The notes below the pieces were generated by a model. It had not been told where the DNA came from, searched no databases, and saw only the letters and a program-made list of their open reading frames with translations. A DNA stretch of 64,000 bases from Tubulanus polymorphus (lineage: Eukaryota > Animalia > Nemertea). A program made the translations under genes and the position numbers. The stretch covers positions 3,204,778-3,268,777 of the forward strand of contig NC_134030.1 of NCBI RefSeq assembly GCF_964204645.1, in the 5' to 3' direction. Positions within the stretch are counted from its first letter, which is position 1, and every line of letters starts with the position of its first letter. Positions 37,901 through 50,800 of this stretch are shown in pieces.

Positions 37901-39566
37901 TGTTTTGGGTTTCCTTCGATTCATTGGATTTTACTATTGCGATTTAGGAATTCAACTGGCGTAAAGGGGGTCAGGTAGTGCGCGGATCTCGCTGCGACAT
38001 TGCTTCAAATCAAGCAGGTAAATAAAATTCCTAATACAGTAGACCCCCATTCTTCCCTCCGTACCGCTTCAGTCCAAAATTCAATCGGAAAAACCTTCTG
38101 TTTTCCTGATTCTCTAACTCAAAAAATGATAACTCGGCCCAAAAAAGTGCTACGTACTGACTACATGTACATCGCTGAATAACCTGAGATTACCGAGTCA
38201 AACTAACAAATTGTTGCCACATTTTCAATTGAAGGTGCATCGACAAACTATGCAGTTGAAAGTTACGGTAATCAGTCTGTTTGCATTGAACAAGCTCGGC
38301 CTTGGTTACTGAAAGAATGTGATCGTAAACACAGGGTTCAACACTGGGGCAGTGGTTGTTATCAGGTAATTATTTACTCTATCAATATCCATGATTAATG
38401 TACTCGGTGATGCTGATGCAGGTTTGAATCTGTTGCCTCAACCTCGACCCTGCACCCCCCTCACTTGGCAAACCCTCAGTACAAACTTCATATATGTTCA
38501 GAGCTTCACCTGTGACATTCTTCAGTTAAAATGAACTACAAACACCAGACTTCAGACATTTCATCAGCAAATTTTTCAAAAACTGATCGTCCAAACTTCG
38601 CACGCAAGATATTAGAGACGGTAGACTTTTAAAAACTCATCACCCAAACTTCATGCTACGATAGTGAATTTCTGAAGGGGTATGGTTCAGGGCAGCAGAA
38701 TGTCTGAAGGGTTAGTTCCAATCCAGGCTACAGATTGATGCCGGCATAAAATACATCATAGTTCATTCACAATGAAATCAGAGAATGTTAAATGGGAATT
38801 TCGTTGCAGGTCGAATGTACTAAAACTGGAGTTGTGATCATTGTGAATAATGTGACATATCACTGTTATAAAAGTGGGCAGCGAATCATCGTCAAAACGA
38901 TCGTCAAAACGATCTTCAATACTTATCTACACGAAGGAATTTTAATTTGTCCTCCGTGTAAAGATATCTGTCAGGTAATAGTATAACCTCCATTAGTCAA
39001 CACTTATTGTCAGAAATTTCCTATATTTTTTGCATACATATATACCCATGTGTCATCCCATAGTGAACGCCATCATATGCATCATATTGTCCTTCAACTG
39101 CGACTTTCTACTTCAGTCAAAGCCTTAGCCGACAATATGACAGGCTGTGAATAAGATCTATAGTGAAATATGAACACTTTGTAAGGAACCATATCTTCAT
39201 ACGTATAACCTCAGAGGCCGGTTACTTTAGACTTAAGACCGAAAGTGATCTTAAATCTTACGATTGGTCTTAAGTTGTTAGATTGGTTAAGATCAGGACT
39301 AAGATTAAGTCTAAGCTGCTTTAGTTTTAACTGCCCCCTGAATAATAAACAGAGCTAATTTTCTATGTATTGATATAATCCATGATGATGTTATTTTGTA
39401 GGAAGCATCAACGACATATCGCTGTCCGTCTGAACGAGACGCTCCGCTGAGATTAGATACGATAGATATTTCCATTCCGTGTTGTTCAAACTCTATCGTC
39501 ACTCCTATTTATTATTATATGATTCTAGTCTCTTCATTGTTAATTATCAGTTTGTTATCATCATGA
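31948..39566 (+). CDS. LMLN: Leishmanolysin-like peptidase (invadolysin, peptidase M8), about 17 exons
   Basis: Signal peptide [16 protein letters not shown], then [24 protein letters not shown]...DRPVAG, zinc motif KHEILHAL (~34215-34238), [29 protein letters not shown] and HWGSGCYQ. Hydrophobic GPI-like tail ends ...LLIISLLSS* at 39566. Confidence 0.95.
36527..36867. mobile_element. Fold-back element with tRNA-like A/B-box motifs in both arms; related element at ~30380-30735
   Basis: ~135-bp inverted arms ccatcctccctcggcagggattcgaacctgatggcatcg... / ...cgatgccatcaggttcgagtccctgcagagggaggatga, flanked by the direct repeat caatgtg. Confidence 0.75.
37138..37488. mobile_element. Penelope-like pseudo-LTR fragments in alternating orientation with hammerhead motifs
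   Basis: Four arms of cacCTGATGAagct...agcGAAAgctcgtgcgtcaaataaatagttaacctatatagtact in inverted arrangement, with symmetry centres near 37208, 37300 and 37392. Confidence 0.7.
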
Positions 39567-40570
39567 TCGTTCAGTCAAACAGTCTATCAGTCAGTATTCA
39601 CTCACGGCCAAGCGCAGTGAAATCAGTTTACAGTCAACCTCTGATATACCACGGCCAAGATCAGTGATTTTGGAATTTCGCTGGTGTAAAAAGTATGGAG
39701 ATATATGGGGGTTAATTTTGACTCATTCAAAGATAAAATATTGGTGCTCCATTATAAGAAAAAGCCAGGCATTAGGGGAGGCTGGCGTTTTATTGGGTGT
39801 CGGTATATAGGGGGTTTGACTATTAAATTTGACTGCAAATGTCTGCTATCTCAAGTCAGGAACTATGGTTGGGGGAAGGGGATTCTCATCAGGTTTTGAT
39901 GGTAGATTATTGAAGATGCTGCTATTTCTCTGAACAGCTCTCTTGTTGTATTTGCTCAACTCTGTGTTAAATATTTGATCATATCGTTATGATTCTTGTC
40001 AGTGTTCGTTGTTACTGTTTTTTTGGATCTGGACCTAGTTGAGCAGTTGTAAGTTCAGTTTGACTTATAGAGTCGAAATCTGTTAATTTTTCGGTGTTTT
40101 TACGCTGGAGTCATCAAATTTTAACCACGAAGTACAGTGGAACTGGCTCAAAGGCACAGTTGCACAGTCATACGAGAGAAATCCCCCAATAATTCAGCCA
40201 AAGATGTAAAGGTCTTCAATAAAAGGTTTATATATTTGAGCAATGTTTTGGCTGTAGACTACCAGCCATCATCTGGCATACTGTTGACTTACACCAGGGT
40301 CCGATCTAAGCACTTGTCCGATTGCCTGGGACAAGTATATTCTCATCGGGGCAAGTAGGTTATCATTATCACTTGTCCTCTGGGCTAGTGCAATTTTATG
40401 TCTCAAAGCTTTTTTCCAACTCGATACAACAAACACCAATCGGACTGCCTGTGTAGGGCAAGTAGCTTTTGGAGGGGCAGGCAAAATTTCAGATATGCTT
40501 GCCCCGGGCAAGTGGCTTTCATTCCTTAGATCGGACCCTGTGCACAGTCTTAAGTTCAAAAGTGGTCTTA

Positions 40571-40882
40571 AGCCGGGCGTAGGTCGGCCTGGCGATGCGA
40601 TGCGATCGTCGCGTTGCGTCACAAGTGGCCGCGCAAGTCGGTTGCGATGCGGTTGTCAGCAACTGTGTGCGACTAGTTGCGGTTGCGACGGTCGCGTCGC
40701 GTCGCAGAGAGTAGAAAATGTGCGACTCATTGCGACTGGCGTCGCTGGCAGTCGCAACCCGTCGCTGGCAGTCGCAAGGTAGCGTAAGTCGGTGAGTCGT
40801 TGCGACGCAATCGTCGCTGGCGGTCGCAGTGAGTCGCAAGCAGTGAGTCGCAAGCAGTCGCAAGGCCGACCTACACCCGCCT
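40571..40882. mobile_element. PIF/Harbinger-like MITE nested in a ttaagacc-family MITE
   Basis: tta|agccgggcgtaggtcggcctggcga ... tcgcaaggccgacctacacccgcct|tta. Removing it restores gtggtcttaaatcttaa of the host element. Confidence 0.85.
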
Positions 40883-42528
40883 TTAAATCTTAAACTGGTT
40901 TAAGTTGTTAGTCTCTATGCTATCACTACACAAGTGGTCCGTCGGTCTAGTTCCACACCTCGGTTAAGATTTAACAATCGGGAATGAACTGATTTCAACC
41001 GACAGCTGTTGAACCAGGTCCCGATGGTGTTTGATAAATGATCATTTCGCAATGTTTCCACCACTTGTAGGTGAGATCCGGTTGCAACTAGGACCAAACT
41101 ATTTACACAATTTTACATTCGTACTGAGAATCCTGCTTCGATTTAAACGCTGAACACGTTGTACGTTTAGGTAGGAGAAAAAAATGTAGAAATATTTAGA
41201 AAGAATTCAATTTTTCGAATAGGACTTTTTTAAGGTAATAGATTATAATAGTTACTAGAAATGTAGGATAGAATGGCAGCCAAACAACCAATTCTAATTA
41301 CTGAACTGTTTAGAATGAATGTTCATTTTTATTGATCTACTTACTGTATTATGTATCCGTTATCCATCATATCTACGTGTATTAACGTTAGAATTTGAAA
41401 TGAATTTTAATTCATATTCAATGAATATCATCGGTGTTTGTCGTGATAAGAGTGAGTTATTTGTGTACGAGTAGAAATTTCAGATTGGCAATTTGTTGAT
41501 ATATGTTAGGACATGTCATAGATGTTACGCATGGAATCTATTTTACCATATATGTTCTGAAAAACCTTCAAACCTGATCAACAATTATAGACCTTGAATT
41601 TTATAGGCCATTGAGCGGGTTAACTGATGTTCAGGGACGGATCTACGAAAATTGGAAGTACATCTGAAAGATGCAAATTCCGTTAGGATGAGTGTTGAAT
41701 TTGCAGGTTTTAAATATCTCTGTCTTGACATAAAGGGTAACCTCGATTAGAAGGTAGCCCTAGCTCCACCCCTGAAATTACTTACTGTTAACGCTGAAAT
41801 TGAAGATTCTTCAGAATGAAAAAAAAAAGAGTTTCAGTTGAACGTTTAGTTATTTGTTTGTTTATATTTAGTGTCGATGGATTGTTTTATAGAATATGTT
41901 GTTATTGTTTTGCGTTCTTTATGATGTAAATCCGATCAGAACAAGTCGCTTTTTTGGATCAAAGTTAGTTTTGTTGTGGCAAATGTTTTACGAACTGTGC
42001 TGTAAACCTGTTTGTCTTGCCACCCCCCAACCCCCACCCACCCCAGCTGCTTATTTCGTGTAGATTTCTACTGAAAATTATTTTCTCATGCATTTTTTCT
42101 AAGTGAAATAACATTTTTCTCTGGTAATTGTTAATACGTAGAAGACATACCGGTAATACACAGATATTATATTCAGTCATGATTCGCATGTTCTTGAATA
42201 TTAGTTTTTTATCTTACTTTATTCTAGACGCAAGAAACATTTATTTTTACTTTGTTCTGAAAATTAGAATGAAATTCTAATTTTCCTTTTCGATTTGTGA
42301 ACTTGGTGAAGTTTTTACATTGCAATCCTGGGCTTAGTTTCACAAAAAGTTGAAGTTTAAAACTGCTGTAATATAGAAAATGCTAAGCTTAGAATGAAAA
42401 ATGAATTCCGAAATGTTTCCTTGAGTTAGTAGTTCATTAAATGTTTCACCTACATTCTAATAGTCATCTACAGAAATTATCATTATGAACTGTAGCTCAA
42501 GAAAATATTCCGGACTTGCGTTCTTTAA

Positions 42529-42748
42529 GGCTAAAAAAAATTGATACATTGTTTCTCCGCTCTGCTGAGCTTGAATGTTGACCCGGCCGGCCGCCTATCT
42601 ACCCTATACATTACTTTTTTTTAAATCGTGATCAATTTTACCATAACAGACCCGGCCGCTATAGAAATGAACTGTTTACAAATTCTATCATATTTTACTA
42701 AAATGACCCGGCCGCTGCGGAGAAACAAGGTATCATTTTTGTTAAGCC
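42529..42748. mobile_element. 220-bp MITE, second copy of the 18068-18287 element
   Basis: taa|ggctaaaaaaaattgatac ... ttaagcc|taa. Confidence 0.85.
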
Positions 42749-44899
42749 TAAGTGTAGGATTTTTGAGAATTATTGAATTATTGTCCTCAAAACCAAAAAT
42801 GTGAGTAAAACTTTTTGTGAAATTGTTCCCTGATATTTGATTGGATTGATGTAAACCTTTATTGCTCATTTTCCAAGTTGAACTTGGATTCGTTTAAATC
42901 AACAGCTCAATGTATACTTAACAAATGTAGGCCTACATGAATATGACATGTCGAAAATTCTTTCTAGATATTTCTGTCAGCTATCATTTATATGTTTTTA
43001 CTATGTATTATAAGTTATTATATATTTCAATATATTTTATACTCTATTTATACTATTTGGTGTCGAAAAATGTAACTAAGTATCCATAGAAACGAGTGTA
43101 CGTCGTGATTTCCAAGGCCTTAGGCTTTAGATCGTTTAAAGTGTTCGTATGATAATCCCTGTTTTGTAAGAGGAATTTTTCGAATCGCAATTCAGGAAAT
43201 GTTAGTGTCGGATGCGTTGAATAATGTGTTATATTGAATCGATGATTTCGTATGCAATTCTTTACCTTCGCTGTTCAATATCCTATAAAACTGATCATCC
43301 ATTTTCTAAGGCTAATTTTCTAGGCTGAAGTTAAATCGTGTATTTTGTAATCGAATGATTTTTTTATGCATCGTTTCGATGTAAAACTCTGCATCGATTA
43401 TCTTTTTTTTTCATCGAAAATTTGAGATTATTAGTTCGGTCTTTATTCAGTGTTGGTTTTTTACTCTGAGGTGCTCAAAGCATAAAAGCAAAATGAAATC
43501 GCGATATTTTTGGTTGACGATATTTATTCGGACGCATCATGCATGGTACGATGTTGACTGATTATCCGCTGGGGCCTACAGCTTGCCACCAACCGCATTA
43601 AGTACATGATTATTGTATTGACCTACGTGAATTCCTGGTTTATTATTGAATCATTTTGTAAAAGTCTCCAACGAATAAATGTTTATAAAAATTACTCAAA
43701 TTTTCATCGGATTTTTCTCCGTGTTTGCAACTAAGAACATATTCGATATTGCCGCTGCATTATTATCAAGTAAACCCGGGCGTTTTTGGGGGAGTGACAC
43801 CCGGTATGCAACCTGATGCAACTCTGATTAATTGCACACTGATTTTCTACAGATGACTCGGTATATCCCGCCCTCAAATCCTACCGTAGGATATTCATTT
43901 ATTCAGGTCATTACAGGCAACAATCCAGGGGCTCTTGAAAACCGAATCGATGTAGGGTCTGTAGGGTTTCAGTTGCCATCGCTCGAGTTGTAGAAGTCGA
44001 AAATGGCCTCCGATCTCACGGGACGCCAACTGCCTGCACACCACCCCGATGATATAAACTGATATCATCGATTGTAACCGTTTATTCAATTCATTACTAA
44101 TTAAATAATTATTTGACGCATTAGCGTGTTCTGATCTCTGGCGTGACTGGTGCTAGATGCACTCGTCGGCAAATAGGCGTATCATAGTATCTATTTGCGG
44201 AATGAAAACCCATTAGCAGTTGTCAACAATAAAAAGTTTATATATTTCAAAATGCATTCGGCACTACCTTTAGATAGCAACCCCGTTTAGTGTTAGGCTT
44301 CAAAACAACATTTTGTCCACATCACGCATGTGATATTTCGAATGATGTTTCGAGGCTTTGCGATCACCATGGTTATAGAATAATCGGAGTCCATTTACGG
44401 AGACTGATTCGAGTGTATCGGACAAACAAAACATATAATTGACGCCATAACTCTGTCACAAATATACACATAATATGATACTTTATCTAGATGCCGGAAT
44501 CGGTAAACAGTAGGCGTAGAGTTCAACTTATTATCATTTATTGTCACCATCAACATCCATTATCAATTTAACTCGTGGAATCGCCGAGTAGTGAACCATT
44601 AGTCCAATCACGCGACCGCGATTCAATTCAATTTATCGGAATATATAGATTACCATCAATATATTCGTAAATCTACTAAATTCGTTATTAGATATTACAC
44701 GTTTACTGCTACAGATCTACACTTCATCGGGTTATCGTTGTTGTTGTTGAGATTGATTTGGATTTCAACAACTTTTAACTCGTCCCTCGCGGAAATGGAT
44801 ACTTCGAATTAGAACTAGTAGTTCATCGCGGACGGGATTTGAAACTAGAAGATCGAGTTATAACTGATCGAGTGATAACTGATTACCACTGATAAAAAT

Positions 44900-47800
44900 A
44901 TGACGGCGCCGGCTTTATTTCAAAGCGAGGATGAAAAGCAAGAGAAGAGCAGTAACATCAGATCGGCTTGTTCAGAATTCGCGGAAAATTCCAGTCTAGC
45001 CGGTTTGATAAATATCAAACGCACGTCGAATTTGATCGTGAAATTTATTTGGATCGTCGTTTTCCTCGCTGCAGTTGGTAAGATCTTGCTTATACGTTTT
45101 TATTGCTATCATACCTTCAATCGTGATATCATTTTTATACAATTCCTATCACATATAACACACGTATTTATGGTGGCTGATTTTCGGGCCATTACATAAA
45201 ATACCTGGTATGCAAATAAGGGCGCCAGCACGCCAGAACGCCAAAACGAAATAAAAACGTCCGAAAATAATGGCCCGAAATTGTTCGCTATGGCCCTTAT
45301 CAGCCACCATACGTATTACTCAACTCTTCATTAGTTCAGTTAAGATAATTTGAAGCATTACGTGTTTTATAAAGTCGATATATTTTACCGTACACGTTTT
45401 TTTCGCGATATTCCCTGAATCGTCTTCGCGGATTTGACCCCCGAGTTTGCAATTTCTACCCAAATGATGATTTTGAAAAAGAAACTAACTTTTCCCGGAC
45501 TATCACAACAGCACTCAATTTGCACCTTTTAGGGGGTCAGGTTTTATTCTCAAATTCAGCGTTATATTTATTCACAAGAGACACATTCTGATTGATAACT
45601 GTGAAACCGGATCCATGACTAATTCCGGTTATTTGACTAGACAAATCAGCAGAATTAATTCTCGTTGAACCGGTATTTATTCAACAAATTGCACCGTATT
45701 TCTATGAGTGACATGTACAGATGAATGTTATAGTCACTTTGGGAGTAAAAGCGTCAATGTCGACTTCCATCTGTTCTGTTTAAAAGCACAATTAGTGGAT
45801 CGATCTCGTCTGTGATTTATTTCAAACCAATTCAGTTGGGATTCAGCGCCCAAGAAAATACTAGCTGTAAATGAGTGGGTGAGGTACAAAGGCTCTCTTC
45901 CGCTTGGCTGAGAGTCGACAAGAGTGGACCCGTGGTAAAGCAGATGCCTACTATGAACATCCTCGCTTGCTTTGATTGCCGTCCACCGATGCTAACGCCA
46001 ACACCCAGACCCTGGCTGCAAACCCTTCATTGGTCTATTACTTTGCCCAAGGATTTCTTGGGCGGACAGCTTGCCGCAAAGCCAATCAGCTAAGCGGATG
46101 ACTATGATGCCCCTACGACTAATATCTCGGGCTAATCTGATCCGTACAGTTTATACAAAAATGTGACCATCAGGAAAGTTCACCACTTCTCGGCGAAGAT
46201 CTGACATCTTATCGATATTCGGACGCGGAACTGGATCCAGCTGGGACCAGTGACACAATACATAGTTGAGAATTCAAAATTCATAACTACTATGTCGTTT
46301 ATTCGACGGTTAATATCAACCAATTTATGAGCTCTCTTTCACCTCTGTCTGTGTGTGGGTTACCGTGACTAACTAAATAATGCAATATCCTTAATGTTTA
46401 ATGAATAATAGGAGAATAGTGAAATAACGGTGTTTATCATTAAACGCGCCGATTAATGAATTATAAATGACTAATGCAACAATCTGTGTTATTGTGATCT
46501 GAACAGTGAGGATGATTATTAAATATCGTTCGATGAAATATAATCACAAATCAACGGCGACGACTTTGTGTTGAAAGCGATCGATCAAAACTAGAATACC
46601 GTATTCTATTGATATTGGGAATGTTTGGGTTGAATTAATGAGTGAGTGCTATCAATTATTCTTCATAATTCTGCCGAATAATTCGCGATGCTAGGCACTA
46701 AAAATACTAAACTTGGCCTCAATCTATGGTGGTTGATTCGGGCCATTACATAAAATACCTGGTATGCAAATAAGCGCGCCAGAACGCCAGAACGCCAAAA
46801 CGAAATAAAAACGTTCAATTTTCTTAAAAAATCCGTTTTGGCGCGCCAAAACAAAGAAAATTCCGTTTTGGCACCCCGCCAAAACGAACTTTCGTTTTGG
46901 CGAAATTTCGACGTTTTTCGTTGATTTAGCGGAGGGGGGGCAAAACGAAAGTTCGTTTTGGCGGGGACACCAAAACGGAATTTTCTTTGTTTTGGCGAGC
47001 CAAAACGAACTTTCAGAGAAAATTTGACGTTTTTTTCGTTTTGGCATTCTGGCGCCCTGATTTGCATACCAGAAACTTTTCGCTATGGCCCTTATCAGCC
47101 ACCATACATTTCGCAATAACTAGAGATGTTAAATGAGAGATCCAGAGAGCCTTTATGGTTGTTGTACTTACAAGCAATCGCAAGGCGCTAAACCCAATGC
47201 AAAGCGTGCAAGAAGGGTGCAATAGAAACAAGAAAATATTTGAAACTCTGGCTGTTAGTAATGATTAATTAAAGGAGTTGTAAATGATATTTTTATTCAA
47301 ACATAAATTATCGTAATTTCAGCGATATGTATATGGCAGATACACGAACGATGGATGAAATACTTCACGTATCCGACTATAACGACGATTACACTGAATT
47401 CAGCCACATCTCAACCATTCCCGTCCGTCACTATCTGCAACCTGAATCCGATGTCTCGTAGAAAATTCAAAAATATGGATTTCGTTAAGCGTTTTGATGG
47501 CCTCATGGGTGACATGGTTCGTTGACTTTATCAAAAATCAAGTGAAATAAACTGAAGAAAAATCCGATCAAGAAAAACAATAAGAGTATTAGGCGTTTTC
47601 GATCTAATTCTATGAGCCATTTTTAGAACTGAGAGAGTAGTCACGTTTAGACTCAATTCTATGAAACATTTTCAAAACTAAGAGAGTAGTGACGTCTGGA
47701 CTCAATTCTATGAGACATTCTGAAAACTAAGCGAGTAGTGACGTTTAGACTCAATTCTGTGAGCCTTTTGAAAAAAACTATAGCGAGTTGTGACGTTAAG

Positions 47801-50800
47801 ACTCAATTATATGAGCCTTTTGAAAAAACTACGCGAGTAGTGACGTTTAGACTCAATTCTGTGCCATTTGAAAAAACTAAGACAGTAGTGACGTTTAGAC
47901 TCAATTCTATGAGCCATTTGAAAAAACTAAGAGTAGTCAATCTATGAATTATGAGACTATTTTCAAAACTGATTTCTGCAGTAATGTTAAGACAGTAATA
48001 TAACAAACGGGCATTGTAACAACTTATAATGGCTCAGTCGAAACGTCAAATACTCAACAGGTTTTTCTTCACACATATTGTGGATTCTTTTTTCAATTAA
48101 ATCAGATACTCATCACTCGAATTCTCGAATATATAATTCTGTATTTAAGCAATATTTCAACACCAAAGATATATCATAATTGAGTGAATGCTGTTAATGT
48201 AATTCAGACTAAAGGTTCGATGGCACCGCCGAAGCCCGGTGGTAATGAAAGTAGCGCATTTAACTGGAAGAAAATAGACATGCGTAAAAAGCGTTGTGAT
48301 ATGCAGATAATGGGTAACTTTACGGCCTGGTATACAAACCTTACGACTGAAGAAAGACGCGAAAGCGGTATGGACCTCGAAAAAGCTATGATGGATTGTT
48401 TCTGGCAAGGCGTAACCTGTTATCCGGGGTTAGTTTCATATGCCATAGTAATATATATGAAATAACCACTATCCAGACGTGTGAAGTGGAATCAGAATGA
48501 TAGAAACAAAGACTCAAGTAATAAGGAAATAACATTTTTGCAACAGAAAATAAGTCGGAACAAATTGTTAGATGGAAAAGGCCAAGCGCCCCAGCTGCTT
48601 GACGTTTATTTGAAAAATTATACCAAAACACGTGACAACCTAATTTGCTGTCACGTACAAAATTACAATATCATCAATCTAACAAAGAAATACAAAGTCA
48701 TACAAAACTAACTAGGTCAACCGCCCCAGCTGGATTGACCTAGTTTCTGATTTAAACAATTATCGGAAAAAATACTACGCGGTCAAACGCCCCTGCTGTT
48801 TGACCTATTTTTATGAATACAAGTAACTACACCACTATTACTAAGAAGTCAAACGCCCCAGCTGTTTGACCTAGTTCGGAGTAAAAAGTCCTCGATTAAT
48901 CGTAAGTGGGCTATAAAAATGGGCTAGAAAAGATTAATCGTAAGAGGGCTAACAAATGCCGTAGGCGCAGGTAGGGGATGGAGGGTGGTAAAATGTTAAA
49001 CTTTACGCCTGAGTTCCGGAACTGAAAAGGACGTGTTTACTTCGCGTTGATTGGCTGGTTGGCTAATAGCACGAGGGCGGCGCCACCGGCTGGTGCTATG
49101 TTGCCCGCCGGGAGAAGAACTTCATTTTCTGTCGCAAAAATGCTGATGGGCAACTGGGCATTCGCACATCTTTTGTTTTCTGACCCGCATTGGAGATCAT
49201 CGTTCGTATAGTAATGGACGTCACGTTAACTTCATAATCAACGATCTATTCTTTTATTTCAGAAATTTCACGTTTTTCACTAACCCATACCTCGGTAACT
49301 GTTTTACCTTCAATGCTTATGGCAACCTTTCAGTAAAGAGAACTGGACCGAATTTCGGTATGATACGATTGCTAAACTTATCACTTCACTGGTTTAAAGG
49401 GATAATATTCTCACTATAATTCTCACATTTTCAGGGCTATCGGTGACGTTGTTTATCGACCAAGACGACTACGTACCCCAACTAGCTGACGCGGCAGGAG
49501 TGAAAGTAGTCATCGGCAATCAGAGTAGAATGCCTTACCCTGAAGATGAGGGTGTTTTAGTGAGACCTGGGACCCGAACTCAACTCGGCATAAGAAAAGT
49601 ATGCTCATCAAATGAATCATATAGATGGAATTATTATTCATCGGCCTCACAATTATTAGAAAAAAATCTTTTTCAATATAATACTTATGAATTCAGTCTA
49701 CAGTTGTAAGAGCCGGATATCCGTGGGGTAAATGTGCAAATCTAACCTACTCAGTCATGAGAATGAAAGATGCTTACGTCAACGATTTACCATTAGTGAA
49801 CTATTCTACAATCGTAAGTGTTTACAAATATGGTCGTATGTGACTCGGATATATCCTGTACTCGAATAGATTGAAATTTCTTGAGCATGAAATTGAATAT
49901 AATTCAATCAGTACAATTCATTATTAGCGAACAGAAGGAATACTTTTTCATACTTTCAAATTCACGTAATAAGTTTTATTATTCATACGTTTAACACCAA
50001 GATAAGTCAAATGAGGCACTCGCACTGAACCGCTGAATCGTGAGAAGTATAAGTCAAGATAAGTGCTTAGAATGATTAGCTCAAAATGATCACTAATACT
50101 GTTTCTGATGTGCTCGCTCCTCGCAGGGATGCCTGAAAACCTGTCGACAAAGAAACGTTATGTTGAACTGTAGCTGTTTTGATCCGAATTACGCCAGTCC
50201 GAACACCGATGCCCTGAAAGATCTGAGCTCGAAAGCAAAGCACCCATGTTCCACAGATACAGAATCCGGTAAGTTGAAACGTAAATGATAACCGCAATGA
50301 ACAAATACACATGAATAACTTTCAAAGTCTAGAAGTTATATCATAGAAATATTTCAAATTAAGATTCGACAATGAACATTATACCCAAAGCTATCTTGAT
50401 TTAACTTGGTACAACAGTATTCTATACGTACGTAGTTGCCCATATATGGATCCATATATCAATCTACATCACTTAAACCAGGATGACAGAAACCCATCGC
50501 TGCTTTGTAGCTATATTTATCACGAATATTTTGAATATTCTCCAAAGAGATGACCCGATATCTCATTTGTCCAAGATTTCAAAAGTTATTTCCTATCTTC
50601 GATCTGTTATCAATCATGGAGATATATGTCGTTACAGAATGCATGAGCCGCGTTTATAGTCTTATAGACGCGTCTGATGTGTGTGATATTAAGACCTGTC
50701 CACCAATCTGCAAGTGAGTATAGTATCAATCGGGATGTTATTATCTACTAAATACGAAATAACAGTTTTGCAAAGATTTTCATTCGAATTGTGTTCAATT

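Noticed and set aside
40137-41097. Cluster of ORFs between LMLN and the DEG/ENaC gene
   Set aside because: They derive from a GC-rich MITE and low-complexity sequence, with no recognisable domain or splice context.
48580-48875. CRISPR array
   Set aside because: Animal intron, only 3-4 degenerate repeats, no cas genes or leader.
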